This document shows, one piece after another, positions 19,184 to 28,243 of a stretch of 64,000 bases of DNA. The stretch lies in the sequence record NC_031043.1; one strand, written 5' to 3'. A program made the position numbers and the translations under genes. The notes beneath the pieces were generated by a model, which saw nothing but the letters and a program-made list of their open reading frames with translations, had not been told where the DNA came from and searched no databases. How positions within the stretch are numbered: position 1 is the first letter of the stretch; each line of letters starts with the position of its first letter.

Positions 19184-19558
19184 ATGTCTGATATTGTCGT
19201 AGGTACCCTTTCGACGCGAGGGTGGGCTATAACTCCGGAAGAGAAGATCCGCGAGGTCATGAACAATTATACCGAAGCGGGGTTTAGTCAATCAGTCATT
19301 TATCAAGGGAACATCAAATCACTGGAACACGCCCGCTACCGTACTGAACAAGACCCGGATGCTTTGAAGTCCGAGGTCAAGAAAGACTTGCTGTCATTGT
19401 ACGGCAACATCTTCCCAGACGGTGTGGAAGTGAACACCAGTATTGAAGAAGACCCGGAAAGTGACGTTCGGGTGAAGTTGATTATCGAAGTGTTGGTGAC
19501 AGAAGGCACCACCACTTACTCTGTAGAAAAATACGTGAACGTGGAGAACGAACAATGA
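19184..19558 (+). CDS. possible T4 gp25-like baseplate wedge/sheath initiator
   Basis: 124 aa; helix followed by VEVNTSI...VKLIIEV beta pattern typical of gp25/IraD-type proteins (by eye). Confidence 0.4.
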   Translation: MSDIVVGTLSTRGWAITPEEKIREVMNNYTEAGFSQSVIYQGNIKSLEHARYRTEQDPDALKSEVKKDLLSLYGNIFPDGVEVNTSIEEDPESDVRVKLIIEVLVTEGTTTYSVEKYVNVENEQ

Positions 19559-20199
19559 GTATTGACAACCCATCCCTTCCGCAGCAGCCGAAACGTGAAC
19601 TGACGGAAATCGAAAAGTATCAACTGGAGCAGGTGATTGAATTGGAAAAGTCTTTCGATGGTAACTTGATGGGACCTACCCGTTATACGGACTCCCAGTT
19701 CGCACGTATCGGTCTGCCGATGTTGACTGGCCTGTTAGACAATACTTTTAATGCGCTGCACTGGGCGGAGTACATGGGCTCTAACTACGTACCTCTGGAA
19801 ATTCTGTCCGATGACCTGAAGTCCGTAATTTTTACATTACCACCCCTGCTTATGTCGGGACCCGCCATTGTTAATACTGGTGATGGACCATCATTGTCAG
19901 ACCGCTCTACTGAAATTGCGCTGCAAGGTGCTATCATTGCAGAGAACGGCGACATCCTTATCAATCAACTGATTAACCGTGCTACGGGCGCGATGGAACA
20001 ATCTCTGTACGGCATGAACTTCAAACGTGCTGCCCAGACCATCAAATCCATTAACGATATCTACGAACACTACGGTGTGGTAGGTCGCATCGAATACCCT
20101 GATGGCTTAACCGAGCCTGACGCGGTACCAGAAGTGAGCACGGCGTCAGCCAAACAGGAAAACCGCCGTTATGACCTTGACGATGGAGACGCATTATAG
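19555..20199 (+). CDS. conserved hypothetical protein
   Basis: 214 aa; ATGA overlap. Confidence 0.75.
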   Translation: MSIDNPSLPQQPKRELTEIEKYQLEQVIELEKSFDGNLMGPTRYTDSQFARIGLPMLTGLLDNTFNALHWAEYMGSNYVPLEILSDDLKSVIFTLPPLLMSGPAIVNTGDGPSLSDRSTEIALQGAIIAENGDILINQLINRATGAMEQSLYGMNFKRAAQTIKSINDIYEHYGVVGRIEYPDGLTEPDAVPEVSTASAKQENRRYDLDDGDAL

Positions 20200-21310
20200 T
20201 CCAGTCGCGAAAGTAGTTGGCTGTAAACGCGTAGTCTTTTTCGGCGATGTGCACCTGCTTCATCCGCGGGTGCCCACTTGGCATATAGCCACCAATCTGA
20301 AGAAACTAATCAGCGAATTAAAAAATACGGCAGATGCCATTTATATAGTTGGGGACTTATTTGACGACTCCAAACATCTTCGTTCTGATGAGACGCATGA
20401 AGCTTTAGAGTTTGCATCATGGCTGTTGGCTTGGTGTAAAAGCACGAACACTGCGCTGAGGATTCTGGAAGGTACGCCTTCGCATGACCACAGCCAATCT
20501 AAAGTTATCCCACGTCTGAACATTGCGATTGGCGCTGACGTATTGTATTTAGATGGGATTGGTATTCACCAAGACCCGGTACTGGACATGACCGTAGGTT
20601 GGGTTCAGGATGAGTACAAAACGAAAGCCAAAGAGACAGAGCAGGAAATGGCGGAGTTGATGAAAACGCGCGGTATCGACAAAGTGGATTTCTTTGTCAT
20701 GCACGGGTGCTTCCATTTCCAGCTACCTGTTTTTAGTGAGAAGTCGTTTAATGAGAGTTTCTGGGTCAAGCGTGCGAAGCGTGCCATCTTTATCGGTCAT
20801 GACCACCGCCCGAAACTCAACGGTATTATTCGTGTCACTGGAAGTCCAGAACGCCTCTCCATGGGAGAGGAGGAAGAAAAAGGTATCAACATCGCGGATT
20901 TCTCGGATGAGCATACCCGTCTGTACTTTCGTGTTAACACCGATGCGTGCATGCAGTTAACCGTGCGCGCACAGGACAATTACGATGCGCACTACAAAGC
21001 GTGTCTTGACGCACTTAAGCGCATAGACGAATCCCCGGTACCGCACGTGGGGCGTCTTAAGATTGAATATGGTTTCGACAGTCCAATCGCTGAGCATATC
21101 ACGCGCTGGAAAAAAGAATACATATTTAATATCAAGGGAGATAAACTTCCCGACCCGAAAGTTGAAAAGCTTTTAGTCGAGGCGTTTAGTCACAAGTCTG
21201 ACGTTGAGGATATCAGCAAAGACAATGTGCAGGCAATCATGCTAGCTGAGATGGCCCAGCTGGATTATGACCCGAGGATAGTTTCACAGATTATCAATGC
21301 AGTACAATAA
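20171..21310 (+). CDS. sbcD: SbcD/Mre11-like calcineurin-family metallophosphoesterase nuclease
   Basis: Motifs GDVH, GDLFD, GTPSHD, MHG and GHDH. Confidence 0.85.
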   Translation: MTLTMETHYSPVAKVVGCKRVVFFGDVHLLHPRVPTWHIATNLKKLISELKNTADAIYIVGDLFDDSKHLRSDETHEALEFASWLLAWCKSTNTALRILEGTPSHDHSQSKVIPRLNIAIGADVLYLDGIGIHQDPVLDMTVGWVQDEYKTKAKETEQEMAELMKTRGIDKVDFFVMHGCFHFQLPVFSEKSFNESFWVKRAKRAIFIGHDHRPKLNGIIRVTGSPERLSMGEEEEKGINIADFSDEHTRLYFRVNTDACMQLTVRAQDNYDAHYKACLDALKRIDESPVPHVGRLKIEYGFDSPIAEHITRWKKEYIFNIKGDKLPDPKVEKLLVEAFSHKSDVEDISKDNVQAIMLAEMAQLDYDPRIVSQIINAVQ

Positions 21311-21319
21311 GGAGAGCTA

Positions 21320-22141
21320 ATGGCTCTATCGACAGTTGATCGGGTTTTCGGATTAGAATATCCAATGTCCATGCCAACGTCCCTTGCGTTTGAGGGTTTG
21401 CTCAAGACGGGCGAACATGCGAATGATAAAGGTGAACCGCCAATTCACCAATACCGCGCTATTTTTGTAAACGTGCGTACATTATTTCGAAACGTGTATA
21501 ACGCGTTCGGTGATAAAAAAGCAGAGCTAGATGCGAATATTGCCCTTGCGGCAATCGAAGAAGATGTTAAAACCATTCGGGAAACGGTGACGGCCGTTTC
21601 CCCTTCGACCATATGTGTCTTCTACCTCTGCCAGTACAAAACGGTTAACAAAGAGTTCCCCCAAGCCAAGTTCAAAAATCCCACCACCCCAATTGCTGTT
21701 CATTACAATTCTGTTGAAATGGACGTGTATCGTAAGGTGATTAACGAGAAGCTTTTTGACGTCAAGCTTTTTGATGTGGAGATTAAGAACAACGTTGACA
21801 CGGTTTGTTTAACCCACCTGCCTATGGATTTGCTCTGGCGAAAGCATTTCCCTAAGCTTGCGTTACTGGAATCCCATACCGGCAAAGTGAAAGGGCCACT
21901 CGAGTGGTACACTAAGCTTAACGGGAAACCGGAAAACATTCCCTTTAACAAAGCCACCCTGCAATTATACGGCGACGGCGTCATGTTCTCTCCGGAGGAT
22001 TTAAAGTCACGACGCGTGTTAGAAAAAGTGGCCCAGAAGTATAACTGGAACCAGTCGACTACACAAAGTCGTATGCGACAAAGTCTTCGCATTGCAAACG
22101 AACCGTTTTTAATCGAATACCTTAACCGGCTGGACGATTAA
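21320..22141 (+). CDS. possible FEN/T4 RNase H-like (PIN-fold) protein with degenerate acidic sites
   Basis: IFVNVRTLFRNVY, LTHLPMDLL and LYGD match the order of 5'-3' exonuclease motifs, by eye. Confidence 0.45.
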   Translation: MALSTVDRVFGLEYPMSMPTSLAFEGLLKTGEHANDKGEPPIHQYRAIFVNVRTLFRNVYNAFGDKKAELDANIALAAIEEDVKTIRETVTAVSPSTICVFYLCQYKTVNKEFPQAKFKNPTTPIAVHYNSVEMDVYRKVINEKLFDVKLFDVEIKNNVDTVCLTHLPMDLLWRKHFPKLALLESHTGKVKGPLEWYTKLNGKPENIPFNKATLQLYGDGVMFSPEDLKSRRVLEKVAQKYNWNQSTTQSRMRQSLRIANEPFLIEYLNRLDD

Positions 22142-22146
22142 CTCTT

Positions 22147-22174
22147 AAAAATTACGTTACCCCCACTTGATGTG
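22147..22174 (+). promoter_or_regulatory. middle-type promoter AAAAATTAC-N15-TGTG
   Basis: Matches the phiKZ middle consensus AAanntTAC with the same spacing. Confidence 0.65.
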
Positions 22175-22209
22175 TAGGGTGACCATTACTGTATAAAAGG
22201 ATAAGTAAA

Positions 22210-22896
22210 ATGAATTTCAACATGAAGTTCCTTAAAGACCGTTCTCTGATGCCGAAGACCAAACCTGACGCACGCGGCCAGCAGAAATCGCTGACCATCG
22301 AACCAAACCTGTTTAACGATGAGTGCGAGTCACTGACGTTAAAGTATTTCTTCGGTAAGGGTGAAGGCCTGTACCCATCTGCGAAAGTGGGTACTTTGCG
22401 TGCCATGTGTGATGCTCTCGAAGACGCGCTGCGTAATAAAGAAGCGTCTAAGCTCGAATTCGAAATCACCAACAGCCAGAACAAGCCACCGGCGGTTATC
22501 GTTATCGGTCGTGGCGAAGACCTGATTCCGTTTATCGGTCTGTCTGGTGATGTGAATGGTCAGAAGAAATCACAGAAGTTCATGTGGTATGCTGATAAAG
22601 GTGTGCGTCTGCTGCGCAACGGTCAGCCTGTTCCCGATCTGGAAGTTCACGAGCGTATGACGCGTACCTTCGTGAAAGAGTTCGACATCTTTATCCGTGC
22701 CCTCGAATCGGTCTACAATCCGAAAGAGTGGAACAACAACGCAGGCGGCAGCTATGGCGGTGGTAATAAAGGTGGTAGCTATGGCGGCGGTCAGCAACGT
22801 TCATACGGTGCTAACAACGGCGGTGGTCAACAAGCACCTGCCGGTGGTGGTGCATCCATGTCTACCGCAGTAAACGAATACGACGAAATGTTCTAA
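22210..22896 (+). CDS. chmC: probable ChmC nucleus-associated nucleic-acid-binding protein (phiKZ gp67-like)
   Basis: 228 aa directly before the gp68-like subunit; folded N-domain plus a G/S/Y/N/Q-rich disordered tail ending EYDEMF. Confidence 0.65.
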   Translation: MNFNMKFLKDRSLMPKTKPDARGQQKSLTIEPNLFNDECESLTLKYFFGKGEGLYPSAKVGTLRAMCDALEDALRNKEASKLEFEITNSQNKPPAVIVIGRGEDLIPFIGLSGDVNGQKKSQKFMWYADKGVRLLRNGQPVPDLEVHERMTRTFVKEFDIFIRALESVYNPKEWNNNAGGSYGGGNKGGSYGGGQQRSYGANNGGGQQAPAGGGASMSTAVNEYDEMF

Positions 22897-22911
22897 TCGT
22901 GTTTGGCACGG

Positions 22912-22935
22912 GGGAGAGTTCGCTCTCCCTCATTT
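22912..22935 (+). terminator. hairpin, probable weak terminator
   Basis: GGGAGAG-TTCG-CTCTCCC with a short T tail. Confidence 0.6.
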
Positions 22936-22954
22936 CTAACTAAAGTAGTTTGAA

Positions 22955-22966
22955 ATATATGTTATC
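22955..22966 (+). promoter_or_regulatory. early-type promoter ATATATGTTATC
   Basis: Identical 12-mer at 28202; both precede nvRNAP subunit genes. Confidence 0.65.
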
Positions 22967-22993
22967 GTCGTGACCACATTAGAGGAGTTATCC

Positions 22994-24634
22994 ATGAACA
23001 TCGAGAAAGTCCGGGAAACAGTTGTTATTTCCCGTAACGGCGAAACTATTACGTTCAACAACGTGCCACACATCAACCGTAAAAAGAACACCATCAAGAT
23101 TAAGCATGATGACGCAGGGGATTTCTTATCCCGTGACCAGCTTCTTTTTCTTGAGTTGAATCGTTTGTGGGGAACATTCAGTGAAGCCGAACTGAACGAA
23201 GTCTGGGAAATCTATCGGAACATTGAGCTTCTGGTAACCGAGCCGGATGAAGTTCGTTTTCGTGTACTGCCCGACATGCTGCGTCGTTTGACTGAGATTC
23301 ATTCTATTGAACGTATCATTGCGATGTATCCGCAAGACAGCGTGTGGATTCCAAAGAAACTGGAACACAACTTCGATAACATCTCGCCAAATTACACGGA
23401 AGCCATGACGTACTTAGTCTCTGACTATTACAACCTCATGATTTTCACGTTAGCATTAAAACCACTGATTCCTGTCTTCGCAGCGATTGGTGCGTACCCA
23501 CCATCTAAAGTTTCATCTCAATCCGCACGGCGTAAGATTGTAACGTTGACTAACGAGTGTTTCGAGTTCTTACTGACTTCGAAGCTTGGTAATCAACCGG
23601 CCATTCAAAAGCTGCGGGACTCTTTACCACACACCATCGAAAAGATTCAGAAAGATGCAGGCTCACAAAGCGGCAGTTCTCCGTCTTTGACATTGATTGC
23701 AGTGGTAGAAGGTTACGGGTTGGATGCGTTGGAAGAGTACATTACGGCATACACCGTGGTGAACATTCTGGCGTTGCAGCCGGTAGGGGCAGACTTTAAA
23801 GAAGGGGTGATGGATGAGAACTCCATCGTCAGCCGTATCTTCTTTGGGATACGTCCGGAAGTATTAAGTGGGTTTGCTGATAAGATGTCGGCCCACAACG
23901 TAACAGAAAAGCCGCATGCTTCTACCATGAAGTTGAATGGCGAGCGCGGTAAGACTTCTGTTATCGATATCGTCAATGCCCGTAGTGATGCACCTATTAA
24001 AGAATCGGTGCGTACTGAGGTGCAGTTCATGCAGTATCGTCGTTTACTCAAACGTGTACAGGCAGATGTCACTCCTGCACGCTGTAAGCAGTTTATCGAC
24101 GCAGTGTTAGAACATCACCCACGACCAATCTCTGAATTGCATGAGTGGTTAGTGGCAGCAGCCTTACATCGTTACGCACATCGCGGTACGTATAAGGATG
24201 TGTCTCCGGAAGGGTTCATGCACGGTATGGGTATTGCGCAAGCAATCTATTCCAGCTATGGCATGCATCAGGCAGCAGCTCTGCTAAGCTGTGCCGCACT
24301 GCCGGGACGTGATGGTTTGGAATATCCGTTCCAACCTATCGAATCCAGCATCAAAGAAAAGTCGGACATATATTATCCACAGGAGTACCGCACGCAAAAA
24401 GGTACTGAGTTGGTAAGCCCGTTGAAAGAATCTGTGTTGTTGCTGATACGTGATTACGTTAACCCGTACAGCTTCCATTTGAAGACTTCTCCGGAAGTGG
24501 CTGAACTGTTAGGCGTTGAAACCGAAGTGAAAGGTTATATTCCGGGACAACGTCTCCAGTTAGAGCTGTCTGAATTCCTGTTAATCCAAGCCAGACAGAA
24601 GCATCGCGAGATTCATCCGCTGGCCGACGAATAA
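22994..24634 (+). CDS. nvRNAP promoter-specificity (sigma-like) subunit, phiKZ gp68-like
   Basis: About 546 aa, ATG after AGAGGAG SD; position between the ChmC-like and PicA-like genes (synteny). Confidence 0.7.
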   Translation: MNIEKVRETVVISRNGETITFNNVPHINRKKNTIKIKHDDAGDFLSRDQLLFLELNRLWGTFSEAELNEVWEIYRNIELLVTEPDEVRFRVLPDMLRRLTEIHSIERIIAMYPQDSVWIPKKLEHNFDNISPNYTEAMTYLVSDYYNLMIFTLALKPLIPVFAAIGAYPPSKVSSQSARRKIVTLTNECFEFLLTSKLGNQPAIQKLRDSLPHTIEKIQKDAGSQSGSSPSLTLIAVVEGYGLDALEEYITAYTVVNILALQPVGADFKEGVMDENSIVSRIFFGIRPEVLSGFADKMSAHNVTEKPHASTMKLNGERGKTSVIDIVNARSDAPIKESVRTEVQFMQYRRLLKRVQADVTPARCKQFIDAVLEHHPRPISELHEWLVAAALHRYAHRGTYKDVSPEGFMHGMGIAQAIYSSYGMHQAAALLSCAALPGRDGLEYPFQPIESSIKEKSDIYYPQEYRTQKGTELVSPLKESVLLLIRDYVNPYSFHLKTSPEVAELLGVETEVKGYIPGQRLQLELSEFLLIQARQKHREIHPLADE

Positions 24635-24674
24635 AACAATACGCTTTAAATTAAGAACATATCGAGGAGTAATC

Positions 24675-26387
24675 ATGAAACTACTGAGTCTGCAAATGTA
24701 TCCGGTCTACGAAATTCCTGAGCAAATCCGTCGCCGGATTTCATTCAACGCAGGTACCGATGACCTTACTAACCTGAGTGATGTTATCGTACAGAAAGGC
24801 TCAGCCGCCACGAGCGCTTTTGACTACGGCGAAGCGATGGGTAAGATTGTGGGCTTTGACCCTACTCCCGGCAGCTTTGAAAAGCCAATCGTCGATATCT
24901 CAGGCGAGAACAACATGATTAACCCATTCCGCTTTGAGCAGCGTTCACGTATCTATAACTTCGTGGCCGTGATTGTGGTTAATCCTATTAATGAAACACG
25001 TAGCCAAGAAATCCGTTACGTGTTAACGGGCTATACGTCAGAAGCAGATACATCCTTAACGGGTATCTTGCCAGACGACATGGTTCTGTTCATCAACGAT
25101 ATTTACGGTATCCGTTTAAGCTATCGTTACGATGCACACGGTAACCGTTATGTTGACCCGAACTCCTTCCAGATGGTGGACAACTACGTCCTCAGTAATG
25201 CGCTGGTAACTCAGCAGGCAACCGAGTTGACCTTAGACCCGATTGCACTGACCAAAGCTGCGAAGACTGTGGGTAATCTGGATGTGGGTAGCGGCGAGAC
25301 GTTGGAGTTCAACGTTAACAGTGACCAGGTGTTGGGTTCTTCCCTGTCATCCGAAGCACAGCTGTTAACTGCCCAGCTTACCCGTCCAGAATCATTCATC
25401 GGGGCAATGTCTACCGGCTATCTGAATTCCCTGTTAAATGAACAGGAGTCTTCAACGCTGTCAGGTATCAACTCGTTCTTTGATAATGGCGCGCTGTCTC
25501 TCGAAGGTGAGATGCGTCGCTTGGGCGTGGTGAAGTCGTACAAGAACCACAGCTTCTCAACAGCCATGAAGACGGCGTTGTCTCGTAACAACTTCGTTCC
25601 GGATTCGTACCGTCAGGCACAGAATGCCAAGTTCCGTTTAGCGGACTTGCGTGTTTGTCTGTTCAACCCGGGTGATTTAAACCGCATGATTTCCGAGTCG
25701 CTGTCTGTTGCGATGCGTAACATGCAACTGGGTATCGATAAGACCGATAACTGGACTTCCATGAACGGCTTCTCTACAGATGCGTCCTTGGTGGCCTACG
25801 ATATTGGCATGCGTGTTAGTCAGGTAATGGCAAAGAACCTGATTGGTGCTATTCGCATGACCTTCGATAACCGTTCTGCCAACTTCGATACCATTCCACT
25901 GCTTTCAATTATTCCGGGTTCTGCGGAATCGTTAAGTGAAGGCGGGATTCCAGTATTGATGGCGCGTAACTTCCAACGTGAAATGCATCAGACCTTGGTG
26001 CAGGCTACCCGACACAACCAAGTGCGTTGTAAGGTAGTTGTCATTGCCCGTCTGGGTCAGGTGACGCGTGTTGAAATTACGATTGATGGTGAACTGGTAA
26101 CTGAATACTTCACCTTTGCTTCCTTCATGTCTTCCCGTCTGCACATTGGGTTGACTTACGATAACACTTACAACAACACGATTGCGAAGAACACCAACGT
26201 GTTGTTTGATACAATCCAGAATGGTTTTGATGAATATACTCGTCGTGAGTCCTCGCGCGATATGTTGATTTCATTACCAGACGCTCCTACCAACGGGTTC
26301 TCGATTCCGGAAACTGCTCCGGCTTCAACTCCCGCCGTCGGTGGGTTCTCGTTCGGCAATGATGACGTCAGCGGATTCAAACTTTAA
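24675..26387 (+). CDS. picA: probable PicA/Imp1 nuclear import protein (phiKZ gp69-like)
   Basis: 570 aa directly after the gp68-like gene and two genes before nvRNAP beta (synteny); disordered GF-containing tail. Confidence 0.65.
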   Translation: MKLLSLQMYPVYEIPEQIRRRISFNAGTDDLTNLSDVIVQKGSAATSAFDYGEAMGKIVGFDPTPGSFEKPIVDISGENNMINPFRFEQRSRIYNFVAVIVVNPINETRSQEIRYVLTGYTSEADTSLTGILPDDMVLFINDIYGIRLSYRYDAHGNRYVDPNSFQMVDNYVLSNALVTQQATELTLDPIALTKAAKTVGNLDVGSGETLEFNVNSDQVLGSSLSSEAQLLTAQLTRPESFIGAMSTGYLNSLLNEQESSTLSGINSFFDNGALSLEGEMRRLGVVKSYKNHSFSTAMKTALSRNNFVPDSYRQAQNAKFRLADLRVCLFNPGDLNRMISESLSVAMRNMQLGIDKTDNWTSMNGFSTDASLVAYDIGMRVSQVMAKNLIGAIRMTFDNRSANFDTIPLLSIIPGSAESLSEGGIPVLMARNFQREMHQTLVQATRHNQVRCKVVVIARLGQVTRVEITIDGELVTEYFTFASFMSSRLHIGLTYDNTYNNTIAKNTNVLFDTIQNGFDEYTRRESSRDMLISLPDAPTNGFSIPETAPASTPAVGGFSFGNDDVSGFKL

Positions 26388-26398
26388 AGGATAAGACG

Positions 26399-27817
26399 AT
26401 GAGTAACATGACCATTATTGAGTTCTACCGCAAACAACTGGCTTCTTTGGGCATGGTTGACCGTGACGGCTTGCTCTTCTTTGAAGATGACGACCAGCAG
26501 GACCCGGTGAAGTTTAAGTTCGCTGGTGAAACCCGTCAGATGGTGTTGCCAACGTACCAGCTGATTAAAGCAGGTCTGAAAGATGAGATGGGGAATGATT
26601 GTCATGCTTTCCATCCCATCTGCGAGTCTGTACTGACCGGCGAGTCAGGTACTATCCGCTTCCTTAAGCAGGCGATTAAGAATCGTCTGTACGTTAAAGG
26701 CATGAGCTTCATTACTTACTTGTTGAAAGCATTGGCGGAAGGTAAATCCTCCCGCTCTGCCACCCTCAAGAAGTTTGTGGCGTCAATGACCGAAGGGATT
26801 GCGGAACCGAAGTTTGATGATAAGTTGTTCCGTAGCTGGACGAACGTGACCAACTACATCAAAGACAAGATGGATAAGAAAACCCGTCTGATGCTGTACA
26901 TCTCATCGAATCAAATGATTGACGGTGAGAAGTATATTCGTGCGGCAACTTATTCACACGCATTCAAACAGGAAACGCTGGACGACAAGGCAACTTACTT
27001 TGGCGTCCGCTTGGAACGTAAGCAGGATAAAGTGATTATTCACAATCTGCTGAATGCGGTCTTTGGTTGGTATCCGGAAGAAGTGGGGTCGAATGACCAG
27101 CGTCCGTATTACGGTTCGCTGATTCGTGGCTGGGCGGAGTTCGTGCTGAACTTCAACAAGTACGCGAAAGGCCTCAAGGATATCGTGCCTGAGTACGAAC
27201 TGCTGAATGCCGAATGGATTGATGCGGTGAACGACCTGTCTGAGTTTGATGGTAAAATTCAAATCCTACCATTCAATACTGGCAGTCGTAAAGAAGATGA
27301 AGAGACCACCCAGCGTGAATTCCGCGTAGGTGGTAATCGTGGGTATCAAGAGCCGGTGGTTCAGACGACGTCCGAAGTACGTCAGACGGAAAACGGGATG
27401 ATTGACCCACTCAGTCTGCTGTCCTCAAACAAACCAGCGGAAGGGAATATCTTTGCACAAGGTGGTCGTCCTGTAGACCTGAGCAAATACACCCCGCTGG
27501 AACAGAAGTTGATTCGTGAAGGACGTACTGCACCACAGCCATCTATCATTACGAAGATGTCACTGTCCGAAGCACTGGGCGGTGGTAAGCGCAGTGCAGG
27601 TTATTCTGCTAACGATTTCTTCGCCGGTAGTTCTAACAACGTGTTCACGAACACAACAACCAGCAACAACCCGTTCACGTCCGGTGTGAGCAATAATCCG
27701 TTCACTGCGAACGCGGCAAGTAATAACCCATTCACAGGTGGGGCTTCGAATAACCCGTTCAATGCAGGTACTACCAACAGTGGTGGTAATGACCTGTTTA
27801 GTAACGGCGCATTCTAA
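26399..27817 (+). CDS. conserved hypothetical protein (phiKZ gp70-like) with N-x-x-F repeat tail
   Basis: 472 aa; core-block position; SNNPF x4. Confidence 0.75.
   Translation: MSNMTIIEFYRKQLASLGMVDRDGLLFFEDDDQQDPVKFKFAGETRQMVLPTYQLIKAGLKDEMGNDCHAFHPICESVLTGESGTIRFLKQAIKNRLYVKGMSFITYLLKALAEGKSSRSATLKKFVASMTEGIAEPKFDDKLFRSWTNVTNYIKDKMDKKTRLMLYISSNQMIDGEKYIRAATYSHAFKQETLDDKATYFGVRLERKQDKVIIHNLLNAVFGWYPEEVGSNDQRPYYGSLIRGWAEFVLNFNKYAKGLKDIVPEYELLNAEWIDAVNDLSEFDGKIQILPFNTGSRKEDEETTQREFRVGGNRGYQEPVVQTTSEVRQTENGMIDPLSLLSSNKPAEGNIFAQGGRPVDLSKYTPLEQKLIREGRTAPQPSIITKMSLSEALGGGKRSAGYSANDFFAGSSNNVFTNTTTSNNPFTSGVSNNPFTANAASNNPFTGGASNNPFNAGTTNSGGNDLFSNGAF
27662..27760 (+). repeat. coding tandem repeat SNNPF x4
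   Basis: Units begin 27, 30 and 27 nt apart; synonymous variation at the DNA level. Confidence 0.9.
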
Positions 27818-27819
27818 GC

Positions 27820-27858
27820 AAAAAATAAATAAGGGGTGAAAGCCCCTTATTTTTTTAC
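27820..27858. terminator. bidirectional terminator
   Basis: AATAAGGGG-TGAAAG-CCCCTTATT flanked by A and T tracts between convergent genes. Confidence 0.85.
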
Positions 27859-28175
27859 ACAACCGCTGATTCCATTATCTCTGCGACCACAGCCATGCTA
27901 GGGATAATTAACGATTTAATCTCTGGAGTGAAATCCATTGGGCTACGAAGGTCGTTCAGTAGCATTAGCGGGAAGATAAGCTCGCTGGAAATCCCCGCGA
28001 GTTTGCAGTATGCGTACAAACTGTGAACCTCCGGATACGAGTAACTCGGATTGACTGACACAGTCTGCGTTTCCGGATGGCCACGTAAGTAATCGAGATG
28101 GTCAATGATTATCTGACGTTCGATAGTCCCCAATGCGGGGATGCCTGACTCATACGTCATGAAGCTATCTAGCAC
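27855..28175 (-). CDS. LysM-like/T4 gp53-like small baseplate protein candidate
   Basis: GTG start with AAGGAGG SD; LLNDLRSPMDFTPEIKSLIIP resembles the LysM tail (N.i.dP..l..G..L.IP). Confidence 0.5.
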   Translation of the reverse strand: MLDSFMTYESGIPALGTIERQIIIDHLDYLRGHPETQTVSVNPSYSYPEVHSLYAYCKLAGISSELIFPLMLLNDLRSPMDFTPEIKSLIIPSMAVVAEIMESAVV

Positions 28176-28201
28176 GGTTACCTCCTTTAAAATAAATTAG
28201 C

Positions 28202-28213
28202 ATATATGTTATC
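28202..28213 (+). promoter_or_regulatory. early-type promoter ATATATGTTATC
   Basis: Identical to 22955-22966. Confidence 0.65.
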
Positions 28214-28243
28214 TTGGTGTAAACCTGTGAGGAGTAATTACTA

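Noticed and set aside
27662-27760. Regularly spaced ~27-nt repeats as a possible CRISPR mini-array
   Set aside because: In-frame coding repeats with synonymous variation and no spacer-sized unique segments; no cas genes
27851-27878. TTTTTTAC boxes at 27851 and 55830 as middle promoters
   Set aside because: The 15-nt-downstream position reads ATTAT or TAATG rather than TNT(A)G; they are better explained as terminator tails
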